From the NCBI GenBank assembly GCA_963555985.3, contig OY820591.1, positions 864,001 through 928,000 of the forward strand: a stretch of 64,000 nucleotides of DNA, given 5' to 3'. This stretch comes from Dehalococcoidia bacterium (lineage in GTDB: Bacteria; Chloroflexota; Dehalococcoidia; Bin125). Positions 47,793 to 57,406 of the stretch are shown piece by piece. The position numbers and the translations under genes were made by a program. The notes under the pieces were generated by a model. The model was not told the origin of the DNA. It ran no database searches and saw nothing but the letters and a program-made list of their open reading frames with translations. Each line of letters opens with the position of its first letter. The first letter of the stretch is position 1.

Positions 47793-48961
47793 TGGAAGTT
47801 CTGATGAGCGAAGAGCAGCGCATGATCACACAGGCGGTGCGCCGCTTCGTGCGGGAAGAAGTGCAGCCGCTGGAGCGCGATCTCGATCCGGATGCGGTTG
47901 AGCTGCCTCCGGGCGAGCTGGATCGGCTTAAGGGCATCGTGCGCGAGATGGGTCTCTACCACATCGACGTGCCGGAGGATTACGGCGGTCCTGGTTTGCC
48001 CCTGACCACGCGCGGCTTGGTGGCGGAGGAGATGTCGCAGCATCGCGCGGGGCTGTACTTGCCTTGCTACGGCGCGTTCGGCTCTGCCGGGCTGGCGCAG
48101 CTGTATGACGCTTCCGACGATCAGAAGGATCGCTATCTCTATCCGATGCTGCGCGGCGAGAAGCGGGCTTTCTTCGGGCTGACCGAGCCGAGCGGCGGTT
48201 CCGATCCGGCTCGCGCGATCCAGACTCGCGCGGTCAAGGATGGGGACGAGTGGGTGCTGAACGGGTCGAAGCTGTTCAGCTCGGGCGCGGATCGGGCGGA
48301 TTTCGGTTTGGTCTTCGCTCGCACTGATCCGTCAAAGGGACGGCGCGGCATTTCCGCCTTCCTGGTCGATACCGACTCGCCCGGCTTTGAGGTTCGGCGG
48401 GTTGTGCATACCTTGCGCTCGGCGAACTACGGCACGGAGCTGTCGTTCGACGATGTGCGCGTGCCGGCGGCCAACCTGGTCGGCGAGGAGGGCGGCGGAT
48501 TCTCGCTGGCGAACGCGAACCTGACGCGGCAGCGGATTCCCTACTCGGCGACGTGCATTGGGATTGCGGTGGCAGCGCAGGAGATGGCGATCAGCTACAG
48601 CCAGCAGCGGGAGACGTTCGGCGCGCCGTTGGCCTCGCGGCAGGCGATCCAGTGGATGATCGTCGATAACGAGATCGATATTCGTACGGGGCGGTTCATG
48701 TACCTGGCTGCGGCGGAGAAGGCGGAACAAGGCGATCCCTTCCGTTTCGAGGCGGCGATGGCCAAGCTGACCTCAACCGAGGGCGCGAGCCGGGTGGTGG
48801 ATCGCTGTATCCAGATTCATGGGGGCATCGGTGTGACCAAGGATTTGCCGTTGGAGCGCTGGTATCGGGAGATGCGGATTCGGCGGATTGGGGAGGGTCC
48901 GTCGGAGGTGCAGCGGATCATCATGGCGCGGGATCTGTTGGGTCGGGGGAGTAGCGGGTAG
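47792..48961 (+). CDS. acyl-CoA dehydrogenase
   Basis: LTEPSGGSD, LNGSK, QIHGG.G, IGEGPSEVQR. Confidence 0.93.
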   Translation: MEVLMSEEQRMITQAVRRFVREEVQPLERDLDPDAVELPPGELDRLKGIVREMGLYHIDVPEDYGGPGLPLTTRGLVAEEMSQHRAGLYLPCYGAFGSAGLAQLYDASDDQKDRYLYPMLRGEKRAFFGLTEPSGGSDPARAIQTRAVKDGDEWVLNGSKLFSSGADRADFGLVFARTDPSKGRRGISAFLVDTDSPGFEVRRVVHTLRSANYGTELSFDDVRVPAANLVGEEGGGFSLANANLTRQRIPYSATCIGIAVAAQEMAISYSQQRETFGAPLASRQAIQWMIVDNEIDIRTGRFMYLAAAEKAEQGDPFRFEAAMAKLTSTEGASRVVDRCIQIHGGIGVTKDLPLERWYREMRIRRIGEGPSEVQRIIMARDLLGRGSSG

Positions 48962-48976
48962 GCCGGTCTACCGGCT

Positions 48977-49005
48977 TTGACAATCTGAGTGACGCTGGAT
49001 ACTCT
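48977..49005 (+). promoter_or_regulatory. sigma70-type promoter
   Basis: TTGACA-17 bp-TACTCT. Confidence 0.6.
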
Positions 49006-49011
49006 GTCTTC

Positions 49012-49120
49012 GCGCTGGTGGGGAGCGCTGCCCTGATCCGAGTTAAGGCGAGGCACGGTCACCCACACACTTTCTCGCCCCGCTCTCCGGCCTAGCGCTC
49101 CGGACGGCGGGGCTTCTCTG
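49012..49120 (+). ncRNA. putative structured leader or small RNA upstream of the NYN gene
   Basis: two hairpins (about 49018-49066 and 49077-49113) between the promoter and the CDS. Confidence 0.4.
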
Positions 49121-49133
49121 GTTAAGACATTTC

Positions 49134-49763
49134 GTGTCCGAGTTTCGCCTCGCACTCTTCATCGACTATCAGAACGTCTTTCAAGGTGCGCGGAAAACGT
49201 TCCGCTTGAGCGGCAAAGCATCCGCTGGACAGTTCAGGCCGCGCGATCTCGGACTCTTGCTGAGTACACGGAGCACCCAGTTTCGACCCAAGGGAAGGGC
49301 GGTGTTGCAAGAGGTACGTGTCTATCGCGGCAAGCCGTCGCGTAGACACAAGAGTTTCGACCCGTGGCAACGCCAGGAGGCAGCTTGGAAGCGCAGTGGC
49401 GTTACGCTCGTCTCCCGACGGTTGAGAGGAAGTGGTGCCACGGTTCGTGAAAAAGGAATCGACGTCGCCTTGGCGCTCGATTTCTATGCCGGGGCTAGAA
49501 ACGGAGACTTCGACGTCGGCATTCTGTTTTCGATGGACTACGATCTTGCTCCGGCGATTGAGAAGGTACGCACCGAGCTCCCGGAGGTCATCGTTGAGAC
49601 GGCGGTCTGGTACGACGGCACGTCGCAGGCACGGCGCTCAATTGTCGATCAGGGTTTCCGCAACGCCTATCCGCTAGAGCATCATTTGCTTGACGCAGCG
49701 GACTACAGAAGCGTCCGCGATACGACGAACTACACACTCAAAAGGCGTCAGCGACGCACATGA
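49134..49763 (+). CDS. NYN-domain (LabA/DUF88, PIN-fold) nuclease
   Basis: FIDYQN, EKGIDVALALD, S.D.DL.P. Confidence 0.85.
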   Translation: MSEFRLALFIDYQNVFQGARKTFRLSGKASAGQFRPRDLGLLLSTRSTQFRPKGRAVLQEVRVYRGKPSRRHKSFDPWQRQEAAWKRSGVTLVSRRLRGSGATVREKGIDVALALDFYAGARNGDFDVGILFSMDYDLAPAIEKVRTELPEVIVETAVWYDGTSQARRSIVDQGFRNAYPLEHHLLDAADYRSVRDTTNYTLKRRQRRT

Positions 49764-49835
49764 ATCACTGACCACGTTGCAGACTTGTTGATCGTCCTAT
49801 TGACGAGTTGCGACGGACGCCGTGGTCTACAGCAG

Positions 49836-51731
49836 TTATCCGGGCACGGACGCATCCCCAGGACGACGAAACGCGAACCCGCCCGAGCCACCGCCAAATC
49901 CGCTCTCAACCGTCCTAGCGGTTGGGAGCAACGCTGAATTGACGATTGGCAACAGCAGCCTTGACGCTCGTTCGCCGCCGGTGGTGATGGTGAGGGTTGC
50001 TTGGTCTCCCTGGGTGGGGACGACGAGGTTGTCGGCGTCGGCGGCGGCGATGGTGAGGCGGATGCGTTCGCCGGCGCGGATGATGCCGGAGACGGGGTAG
50101 AGCTCGAGGCGTACGTTCATCGTTTCGCCCGGGTTGACGGGGGCGAGATCGGCCTTGCTCCAGCTGTGCCAGACGGGGCCTTCGTGACCGCCCGGATCGT
50201 CGGTTGGGCGGCGGTAGGCGAAGTTGATGAAGCCCTCGCTGAGGTAGGCGGCGTTGCCGTCGGGCGCGAGTTGTTCGAGCGTGGCCACGACTGCGCCGCG
50301 ATCGGAGGTCGTAGAGACTTCCAGTTCGAGCGCGGGCCAGCCCGTGATCTCGATGTCTTCGCTGAGCGGCTCGCTGGTGAAGCTGAGGCAGCGCTCGGCG
50401 CGTGCATTGAGGTCTGGCGTGTTGATGTAGAGGTCGTCGACGTAGTAGCTGTGGCGGCTCATCGTGCCCAGGCTGACCTCGTGGTCTACGTCATAATCCA
50501 GCGTCTCCGCTTGGGCAGGCGTGGTCTGGCTGAGGCCGCCGTCGGCGGTCAACCAGTGGCTGCGGTAGCGCGCTTCGGGCAGGGGCAGGCGCGGGGCGGA
50601 CTTCCAGATGGTTGCGCCCGAGGGTTCGCTCGCGCCGTAGTGGACGGGCGGCTCGTCCATGATCCCATTGTCGATCTCCTTGAGCCAGTAGTCGAACCAA
50701 CGCAGCAGTTCGGGGTCGCCGCCTTGTCCGTGGTTCCAGGGACCCACGATCAGCTTCTTGGGCAGGTCGAGTCGGTTAAAGGCGTCGATCAGGTAGCCCG
50801 GGAAGGTGAGGTCCCACCAGCCGGTGACGATGTAAGTGGGCACACCGCTCTGGTTGATGATGTCGGTGGAGTTGATCCAGCCGCTGGCGACTTCGCCGAG
50901 GCCCAGGTCGGGGCGCGCGCGGCGGCGGTTGATGCCGTCGTAGGAGGACATGCGGGTCACGTCGCGGGGGTCCATCTCGGAGAAGGTCTCGACCCAGCGG
51001 TAGCGGTCGGATGAGCGCTCGGACTCGGCCTCCGTTCGCAGGCGTTCTCCGTCGGTACCGTCGACCGGGGCGGCGGGCTCGTTCTCCGACATGCCCTTGT
51101 GCAGCCCTTCCCAGACGCGGGCGAAGCTGCTGATCGCGAGGCCGCCGTCGACGTAGCACTGGGGCAGGCCGGGGTATTGCGGTGCGATGCACTTCAGACC
51201 CTCGGGACGGTGTGCGGCGGTGAAGAATTGCATCATGCCCTCGTAGGAGATTCCGACCATTCCGACCCGTCCCGACGACCACGTTTGGGCGCAGATCCAG
51301 TCGATCACGGCGGCCAGGTCTTGCCCGGCCAGCCAGGAGTCGCCGTACTCGGTACCGAACGAGGCTCCGGTACCGCGAATATCGACTGAGACGAAGTGGT
51401 AGCCGTGGTGAATCAGCTCGCGCGCAATCGGGCGCTCTTCGTATTGCGTGACCAGCTCGCCCGGCTCCAGCCCGCTCAGCTCTCTCGCATAGCGGGCTGC
51501 CGTTCCGCTGCTGACAGTCGAAATCTCGAAGGAGCGCCGGTAGGGGGTCGCGTGGAGCACGGTCGGCAGCGGCTCCTGGAGCGGTTCGCCGTTTCGCGTC
51601 GGATGCAGCGCATCGACCGCGATCCGGCAGCCGTCGCGCATGGTCACATAGACCGATTCGCGCGCGTAGCCGTCGGCGACGATCTCGGTGTAGTGCTCGT
51701 AGACGCCAAGCAGTGATCGCTTGTTGGTCAT
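49836..51731 (-). CDS. CocE/NonD-family serine hydrolase
   Basis: MRDG.RIA.D, RGTGASFG, GISYEG, GPWNHG. Confidence 0.88.
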   Translation of the reverse strand: MTNKRSLLGVYEHYTEIVADGYARESVYVTMRDGCRIAVDALHPTRNGEPLQEPLPTVLHATPYRRSFEISTVSSGTAARYARELSGLEPGELVTQYEERPIARELIHHGYHFVSVDIRGTGASFGTEYGDSWLAGQDLAAVIDWICAQTWSSGRVGMVGISYEGMMQFFTAAHRPEGLKCIAPQYPGLPQCYVDGGLAISSFARVWEGLHKGMSENEPAAPVDGTDGERLRTEAESERSSDRYRWVETFSEMDPRDVTRMSSYDGINRRRARPDLGLGEVASGWINSTDIINQSGVPTYIVTGWWDLTFPGYLIDAFNRLDLPKKLIVGPWNHGQGGDPELLRWFDYWLKEIDNGIMDEPPVHYGASEPSGATIWKSAPRLPLPEARYRSHWLTADGGLSQTTPAQAETLDYDVDHEVSLGTMSRHSYYVDDLYINTPDLNARAERCLSFTSEPLSEDIEITGWPALELEVSTTSDRGAVVATLEQLAPDGNAAYLSEGFINFAYRRPTDDPGGHEGPVWHSWSKADLAPVNPGETMNVRLELYPVSGIIRAGERIRLTIAAADADNLVVPTQGDQATLTITTGGERASRLLLPIVNSALLPTARTVESGFGGGSGGFAFRRPGDASVPG

Positions 51732-51853
51732 CGCTTCCCTCGAAACCGCGCGAACGCGCTTGGTCGGATTGATAGGCTCAAGACTGATCCTAGAGTCATC
51801 AACGGGATTGCGCTGGCGTCGGAGACGCCGATCTGGAACGGACAGGAAGCACG

Positions 51854-52255
51854 ATGAGCGAGTTGCGAGAGTCTTTGACCGGCCAGGAGCGTCGGACGCT
51901 GCTCAGCGACCTTCGGGTCTCGAACGAGCTCGGCTACATCTACCGCCGGCTGCTGGAGTCCTGCCTGGTGCGGGCCGACGCGTCGGACGAGGAAGTGATC
52001 GAGATGAACGTCCTGCTGACGGCGGTGATCGCCGCGCAGGTGCGGCTCAACGCGACGATCAGCGAACTGATGGAAGAGGTCGAGCCGGACGCGGTGAAGG
52101 CCTTGCTGCCCAAGGAGATCGTGCCGCTCAACGACGAGGAGAACGATCCCGAGGCGGAGGGTCTGCGCAAGCAGTTGCTCGAGCTCGCTGACTCGCTGGC
52201 GCCGCTGCGTCACAAGCTGTTGTCGATCGGCGAGGCGTTTGGCGACCGACCTTGA
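51854..52255 (+). CDS. hypothetical helical protein
   Basis: AGGA RBS; codon usage typical of the window; no motif recognised. Confidence 0.6.
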   Translation: MSELRESLTGQERRTLLSDLRVSNELGYIYRRLLESCLVRADASDEEVIEMNVLLTAVIAAQVRLNATISELMEEVEPDAVKALLPKEIVPLNDEENDPEAEGLRKQLLELADSLAPLRHKLLSIGEAFGDRP

Positions 52256-52329
52256 CTCCCTTTCACTCCGCTGCCGCTTCGGTACGCTAGGCGTCAAGCG
52301 GACGCCGCAGCGACCGAGGAGAGCGGATC

Positions 52330-53625
52330 ATGACGACGATGACGAGCGGACTCGATCAGATCGACCTGATCAATTCCCGACGTTATGCAGAGGAGGGTTA
52401 TCCGTACGAAGACTGGGCCCTTCTACGCCGCGAAGCGCCGGTCTACCGCTACGAACGCCCCGGCGTGTCGCCCTTCTGGGCGATCACCAAGTACCACGAC
52501 ATCCAGCGCATCTCGCGCGATCCACACACGTTTTCGAGCGTGGTGCAGCTCTTCATCATCGAGCGTGATCCCGAGCGCGAGCATGAGCCGGCCCAGGCCG
52601 ACGAACCCGGCGAGTCGGACAACTCGGCCTCTCAGCTCATGATCAACATGGATCCGCCCGAGCATGGGCAGTATCGGGGGATCGTCAACCGGCGTTTCAG
52701 CCCGCGCGGGATGCGGGTGCTCGAAGATCGGATCGATGAGATCGCGGCTGGCGTCGTTGACCGCGCCGCTGCGCGGATCGTGGAGGAGATCGCTCCCCGC
52801 GGCCGGGTTGATTTCGTGACTGAGGTCGCCGCGCAGTTGCCCCTGGCCGCGATCGGCGAACTGCTCGGTGTGCCCCGTGAACGCTGGGACGACATGTTCC
52901 GCTGGACGAACGAAATCATCGGCGCTGCCGATCCTGAGTATCAGGACGGCCGCAGCGCCGCTGAGACCGCGAGCCAGGCGAATCAGAATCTGATTGAGTA
53001 TTTTGCGCTGCTCGCCGAGCAAAAGCGTCGGGAGCCCGGGGACGATCTGATGACCACGATCGTCCAGGCCGAGCTCGAGGGCGAACCGTTGCCCGCCGCT
53101 GATGTCATTGCCTACGGGTTCCTGCTGATCATCGCCGGCAACGAAACCACCCGCAACGCCACTTCGGGCGGGATGCTCGCGCTGATCGAGCACCCCGATC
53201 AGCTCGCGCGGCTTCGTGCGAATCCGCAGTTGCTGGAGAGTGCGGTCGAAGAGATTTTGCGCTGGACTTCGCCGGTGACGCATATGGCTCGTCGCGTCAC
53301 TCGCGACACCGAAATCGGCGGTCAGCGTATTGCCGAGGGTGAGCTCGTGGCGATGTGGTATCCATCGGCTAACCGCGACGAAGACATCTTTGAGCAGCCT
53401 GATCTATTCGATATTGGCCGGTCGCCGAATGAGCATCTGGCCTTCGGCGGCTTTGGCGAGCACTTTTGCCTGGGCGCCAATCTTGCGCGGCTGGAGCTGC
53501 GTTCGATCTTCCGTCATATCCTCGCGTGTCTCGACGAGATCGAACTGGATGGGGAGGTCGAGCGCCTCCGCTCGGGAATCGTCGGTGGAATCAAGCATCT
53601 GCCGATCAGCTTCAGGCCTCGCTGA
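52330..53625 (+). CDS. cytochrome P450 (CYP125/126/142-like), copy A
   Basis: MDPPEH, AGNETT, EEILR, HFCLG. Confidence 0.95.
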   Translation: MTTMTSGLDQIDLINSRRYAEEGYPYEDWALLRREAPVYRYERPGVSPFWAITKYHDIQRISRDPHTFSSVVQLFIIERDPEREHEPAQADEPGESDNSASQLMINMDPPEHGQYRGIVNRRFSPRGMRVLEDRIDEIAAGVVDRAAARIVEEIAPRGRVDFVTEVAAQLPLAAIGELLGVPRERWDDMFRWTNEIIGAADPEYQDGRSAAETASQANQNLIEYFALLAEQKRREPGDDLMTTIVQAELEGEPLPAADVIAYGFLLIIAGNETTRNATSGGMLALIEHPDQLARLRANPQLLESAVEEILRWTSPVTHMARRVTRDTEIGGQRIAEGELVAMWYPSANRDEDIFEQPDLFDIGRSPNEHLAFGGFGEHFCLGANLARLELRSIFRHILACLDEIELDGEVERLRSGIVGGIKHLPISFRPR

Positions 53626-53697
53626 GTTCGGTCGTCCGGTTTAGTTCGATACTCTGAACTCAAGCAGCTGAGGTGCTGCGTCGGAGGGGAGCGAACC

Positions 53698-54969
53698 ATG
53701 ACGACGATGGCGAGCGCACTCGATCAGGTCGACCTGGTGACTCCCGCGCGATACGCCGAGCACGGCTATCCTTGGGAAGACTGGGCCGCGCTGCGCCGTG
53801 AAGCGCCGGTCTATTGGTACGACCGTCCCGGCGTCGCGCCGTTCTGGGCGATCACGAAGTACGAAGATATTCAGCGCATCTCGCGCGATCCGGAGACGTT
53901 CATCAGCAGCCGGCGGCTGGTGATCCGATCGGCCGGCGCGGGTGACGGGGGCGCGAACGATCCGACGCTGACGGTTCCGAACTTGATCAACATGGACCCG
54001 CCCGAGCATGGGAAGTACCGCTCGGCGACGAATCGGCGCTTCTCGCCGCGGGGGATGCGGCTGCTGGAAGATCGGATCGACGAGATCGCCGAAGAGGTGA
54101 TTGACGAGGCGGCGGCGCATCTGGTGAACCAGTTGACGGATCGGCGCGAGGCGGATTTCGTGCGCGACGTTGCGGCGAAGATGCCGATGGCGGCGATCTG
54201 CGAGTTGCTTGCGGTGGAGCGTGAGTCGTGGGAGGACATCTTCCGCTGGACGAACGAGTTCATCGGCTCAGAGGACCCTGAGTATCAGCAGGGACGCACG
54301 CGCCGCGAGACCTGGCAAGACGGGATGCGCGGTCTGATGGGCTATTTCACGGCGCAGATCGAGCGCAAACGCCGCGAACCCGATGAGAGCGTGATGACCA
54401 CGCTGGTGCAGGCTGAGATCGACGGCGAGCCAATGGCCGATCAGGAGATCCTGTCGTACGCGATCCTGCTGATTCTGGCGGGCAATGAGACGACGCGGAA
54501 TGCGACCTCGGGTGGGATGCAGGCGCTGATCGAGTACCCGGAGCAGTATGCGCGTCTGCAGGCTGAGCCTGAGTTGCTCGACAGCGCGGTGGAGGAGATG
54601 CTGCGCTGGACTTCGCCGGTGGTGCATTTTGCGCGCACGGTGACGGAGGATACGGAGATTCGAGGCGTGCCGATCCAAGCCGGCGAGACGCTGGCGATGT
54701 GGTATCCCTCGGCCAATCGCGACGAGGAAGTCTTCGACGAGCCGGACATCTTCGACATCGCCCGCTCGCCGAACGAACACTTGGCCTTCGGCGGGTTTGG
54801 CGAGCACTTTTGCCTCGGCGCGAACCTCGCACGGTTGGAGATGCGTTTCGTCTTCCGTCATCTGCTCAGGCGACTGGACGATTTTCGGGTTGACGGTGAG
54901 ATCGAACGGCTGTCCTCGGGGCTGATCGGCGGGATCAAGCGTTTGCCGATCACGTATACGGTGCGATAG
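53698..54969 (+). CDS. cytochrome P450, copy B
   Basis: MDPPEH, AGNETT, EEMLR, HFCLG. Confidence 0.95.
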   Translation: MTTMASALDQVDLVTPARYAEHGYPWEDWAALRREAPVYWYDRPGVAPFWAITKYEDIQRISRDPETFISSRRLVIRSAGAGDGGANDPTLTVPNLINMDPPEHGKYRSATNRRFSPRGMRLLEDRIDEIAEEVIDEAAAHLVNQLTDRREADFVRDVAAKMPMAAICELLAVERESWEDIFRWTNEFIGSEDPEYQQGRTRRETWQDGMRGLMGYFTAQIERKRREPDESVMTTLVQAEIDGEPMADQEILSYAILLILAGNETTRNATSGGMQALIEYPEQYARLQAEPELLDSAVEEMLRWTSPVVHFARTVTEDTEIRGVPIQAGETLAMWYPSANRDEEVFDEPDIFDIARSPNEHLAFGGFGEHFCLGANLARLEMRFVFRHLLRRLDDFRVDGEIERLSSGLIGGIKRLPITYTVR

Positions 54970-55052
54970 GTCGTTCCGGCTTCAGGTCTCGGCGCTAGAC
55001 TCACGTCCGCCGGCACTCTCTACACAGCAGATCGAATATCAGGAGCTTGGAT

Positions 55053-55817
55053 ATGCCTAGCGAAATCGTAGGGGTGGCGATTGAGGGGGCGGTGCGGACA
55101 GTGACGCTGAATCGTCCGGAGAAGCGGAATGCGCTGAACAGCGAGATGTTGACAGAGCTTCACGCCGCTTTCAGCGGGGAGCCGGGGGGCGATGAGCGGG
55201 TGGCGGTGATTCGCGCGGAGGGGCCGGTGTTCTGCGCGGGGCTTGACCTGCGTGAGCGCGAGGAAGGTCTGCCCGGCGGCGAGGTGTCGATTGAGCAGAT
55301 GCTGGATGCGATTCAGCACTGGCCGCTGCCGGTGGTGGCGGTGGTGCAAGGCGACGCGATTGCGGGCGGCAATGAGTTGGCATTGCACTGCGATTTTGTG
55401 GTTGCTTCGACTGCGGCTCGGTTTGGAATGTCGCTGGCTCAGATTGGGCTCGCGCCCAGTTGGTTTTTGGCGAAGAAGTTGTTGGAGGTGGCGGGACCGG
55501 TCGTGACGCGCGAGATTTTGCTGCTGGGCGATCCGTTGCCGGCGGCGCGGATGCACGAGTACGGCATGATCGCGCGGGCGGCGAATCCTGAGTCGTTGGA
55601 GGAGGCGGCGGGGGCGATTGTGGATCGTCTGAGCCGGAATGCGCCGTTGAGTCTGCGGGCGATGAAGGCGCTGATCGTGCGCGAGATGGATTTCCGGGAT
55701 CACATTGCGCACGAGGATGTGGACGAGCTGGTGCGGAGGGCGCGTGAGTCGCAGGATGCGCGGGAGGGCATCCGGGCGCTGTTCGAGCGGCGGCCGGCGG
55801 CGTTTCGGGGGGAGTAA
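55053..55817 (+). CDS. enoyl-CoA hydratase/isomerase family
   Basis: LNRPEKRNAL, FCAGLDL, AGGNELALHCD. Confidence 0.9.
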   Translation: MPSEIVGVAIEGAVRTVTLNRPEKRNALNSEMLTELHAAFSGEPGGDERVAVIRAEGPVFCAGLDLREREEGLPGGEVSIEQMLDAIQHWPLPVVAVVQGDAIAGGNELALHCDFVVASTAARFGMSLAQIGLAPSWFLAKKLLEVAGPVVTREILLLGDPLPAARMHEYGMIARAANPESLEEAAGAIVDRLSRNAPLSLRAMKALIVREMDFRDHIAHEDVDELVRRARESQDAREGIRALFERRPAAFRGE

Positions 55818-55821
55818 GGTT

Positions 55822-55878
55822 CTCTGCCCCTTGTTCAGGCCAGGGGCAGGCTGCGGCTTCTCCCCCTCAAGGGGGAGA
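55822..55878. repeat. REP family B-like element with a nested CAGGCT hairpin
   Basis: ...GGGGCAGGCT...TCTCCCCCTCAAGGGGGAGA. Confidence 0.7.
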
Positions 55879-56352
55879 TTGATTGCGGCGCTCGCTGGCG
55901 TTGTCGCGCCATTCGACGAGGCCGTAGGTGCCTCTGGCGGGGCGGTAGAGGCGGGGGTCGTCGAAGTACCTAGCTAGGAGGGTGCCGGCCGGGTCTTTGC
56001 CGCCGACTTGCACGCCAGCTTGGACGAGGCGCTGGTGGATGTCCCGATAGTGGATAGGCTGGCCGTGTTCACGCAGCAAGGCTACGACTCGGTCTGCGTC
56101 GGTGGAGCCGTCGGGGGGCTGGATTCTGCGGACGCGCTGCGGGGCGCTCGTTTGAGCTTGCGGGGGCGAGGCTGGCAGCGGGGATTTTCCGAGCAGAGCG
56201 CGGAGATGGTCGATCTGGGGAGTGATCTGGGCGCGTTCGGCGGAGATGGCGGCGAGCCGTTGGTCCAGTTCCCTGAGTTCCGCTTCCAGCCTATCCAGCT
56301 CCTTGTTGGCGCAGGATTGGAATCCCTCGCTCAGCTTGCAATCGCTTGGCAT
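55867..56352 (-). CDS. coiled-coil plus winged-helix (HARE-HTH-like) protein
   Basis: LREHGQPIHYRDI...RGTYGL; AGAAAGGA RBS; stop codon lies within the REP. Confidence 0.65.
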   Translation of the reverse strand: MPSDCKLSEGFQSCANKELDRLEAELRELDQRLAAISAERAQITPQIDHLRALLGKSPLPASPPQAQTSAPQRVRRIQPPDGSTDADRVVALLREHGQPIHYRDIHQRLVQAGVQVGGKDPAGTLLARYFDDPRLYRPARGTYGLVEWRDNASERRNQSPP

Positions 56353-56483
56353 GACTGGTTCCTTTCTTGCATTGGCAAGATAATCGGATTGTTGGGAAAT
56401 GGCAATCCACATCAATGGATTTCGCGTTCACAATGTATGCAGATTTATATTGATCTTGAATGATTGGTTTCTTCTGGGCGCTT

Positions 56484-57245
56484 CTATAGGGTTGCGCCGC
56501 CGTCGACGGTGATGGTCTGGCCGGTGACGAAGACATTGCGCTCGATCAGGGCGACGATGGCGTCGGCGCAAGTTTCGGGGGTGGCGACGCCGCGCAGGGG
56601 CGCGGTTGCGGTGAGGCGGGAGCGTCCAGCCTCGTAGGTGTCCTCGCCGAGTCCGCCGCGCAGCCAGCGGCCCTCGATGAAGCCTGGGGCGATGGTGTTG
56701 ATGCGGATTTCGGGTCCGAGGACGCGGGCGAGGGACTTGGTGATGACGTTGACGCCGGCTTTGGAGGCGGCGTAGGGGATGCAGGAACCGCCGCCGCCGG
56801 CTCCGGCGACGGAGGAAACGTTGACGATGGCGCCTTCGCCGGCGGCGCGCATGTGGGGAGCGGCGGCGCGGGCGCAGTTGAAGACGCCGCGCAGGTTTGC
56901 GCCGATGATGTCGTCCCAGACCTCGTCGGTGACCGCTTCGAGGTCATCGTGGGGGATGAAGTGGGTCATGCCGGCGTTGTTGACGAGGATGTGGAGCGCG
57001 CCGAACTGGTCAACGGCGGACTGGATCAGCTTGCGGCAATCAGCGTCGGAGCGGGTGTCGGCTTGGACGGCGATCGCTGCGCCGCCGGCTGTTTGGATCT
57101 CGTCAACGACTCGTTGTCCGGCCTCGGCGCCACGGAAGTAGTTGACGACCACCGACGCGCCCAGGGAGGCGAGGAGCTTGGCGGTGGCTTCGCCGACGCC
57201 TGAGGAGGAACCGGTGACGACTGCGACCTTGCCGTTGATGTTCAT
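56484..57245 (-). CDS. short-chain dehydrogenase/reductase
   Basis: TGSSSGVG, NNAG, YAASK. Confidence 0.92.
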   Translation of the reverse strand: MNINGKVAVVTGSSSGVGEATAKLLASLGASVVVNYFRGAEAGQRVVDEIQTAGGAAIAVQADTRSDADCRKLIQSAVDQFGALHILVNNAGMTHFIPHDDLEAVTDEVWDDIIGANLRGVFNCARAAAPHMRAAGEGAIVNVSSVAGAGGGGSCIPYAASKAGVNVITKSLARVLGPEIRINTIAPGFIEGRWLRGGLGEDTYEAGRSRLTATAPLRGVATPETCADAIVALIERNVFVTGQTITVDGGATL

Positions 57246-57273
57246 GGGGGTTGCTTTCTGCTGCTTAGATGGT

Positions 57274-57299
57274 GAGACCGCTCCGGTTGGAGCGGTCTC
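57274..57299. other. perfect 11-bp hairpin
   Basis: GAGACCGCTCC-GGTT-GGAGCGGTCTC. Confidence 0.6.
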
Positions 57300-57347
57300 G
57301 GTCGTTCTGCGCCTGGATGGGCGCTGGGAGAGCGGTGGGGCGTTTCA

Positions 57348-57389
57348 CCCCCTCTGCCCCTTTGGGGCATCTCCCCCTCAAGGGGGAGA
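57348..57389. repeat. REP family B variant
   Basis: CCCCTCTGCCCCTTTGGGGCATCTCCCCCTCAAGGGGGAGA. Confidence 0.75.
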
Positions 57390-57406
57390 GGGGAGGCCGG
57401 TATGGC

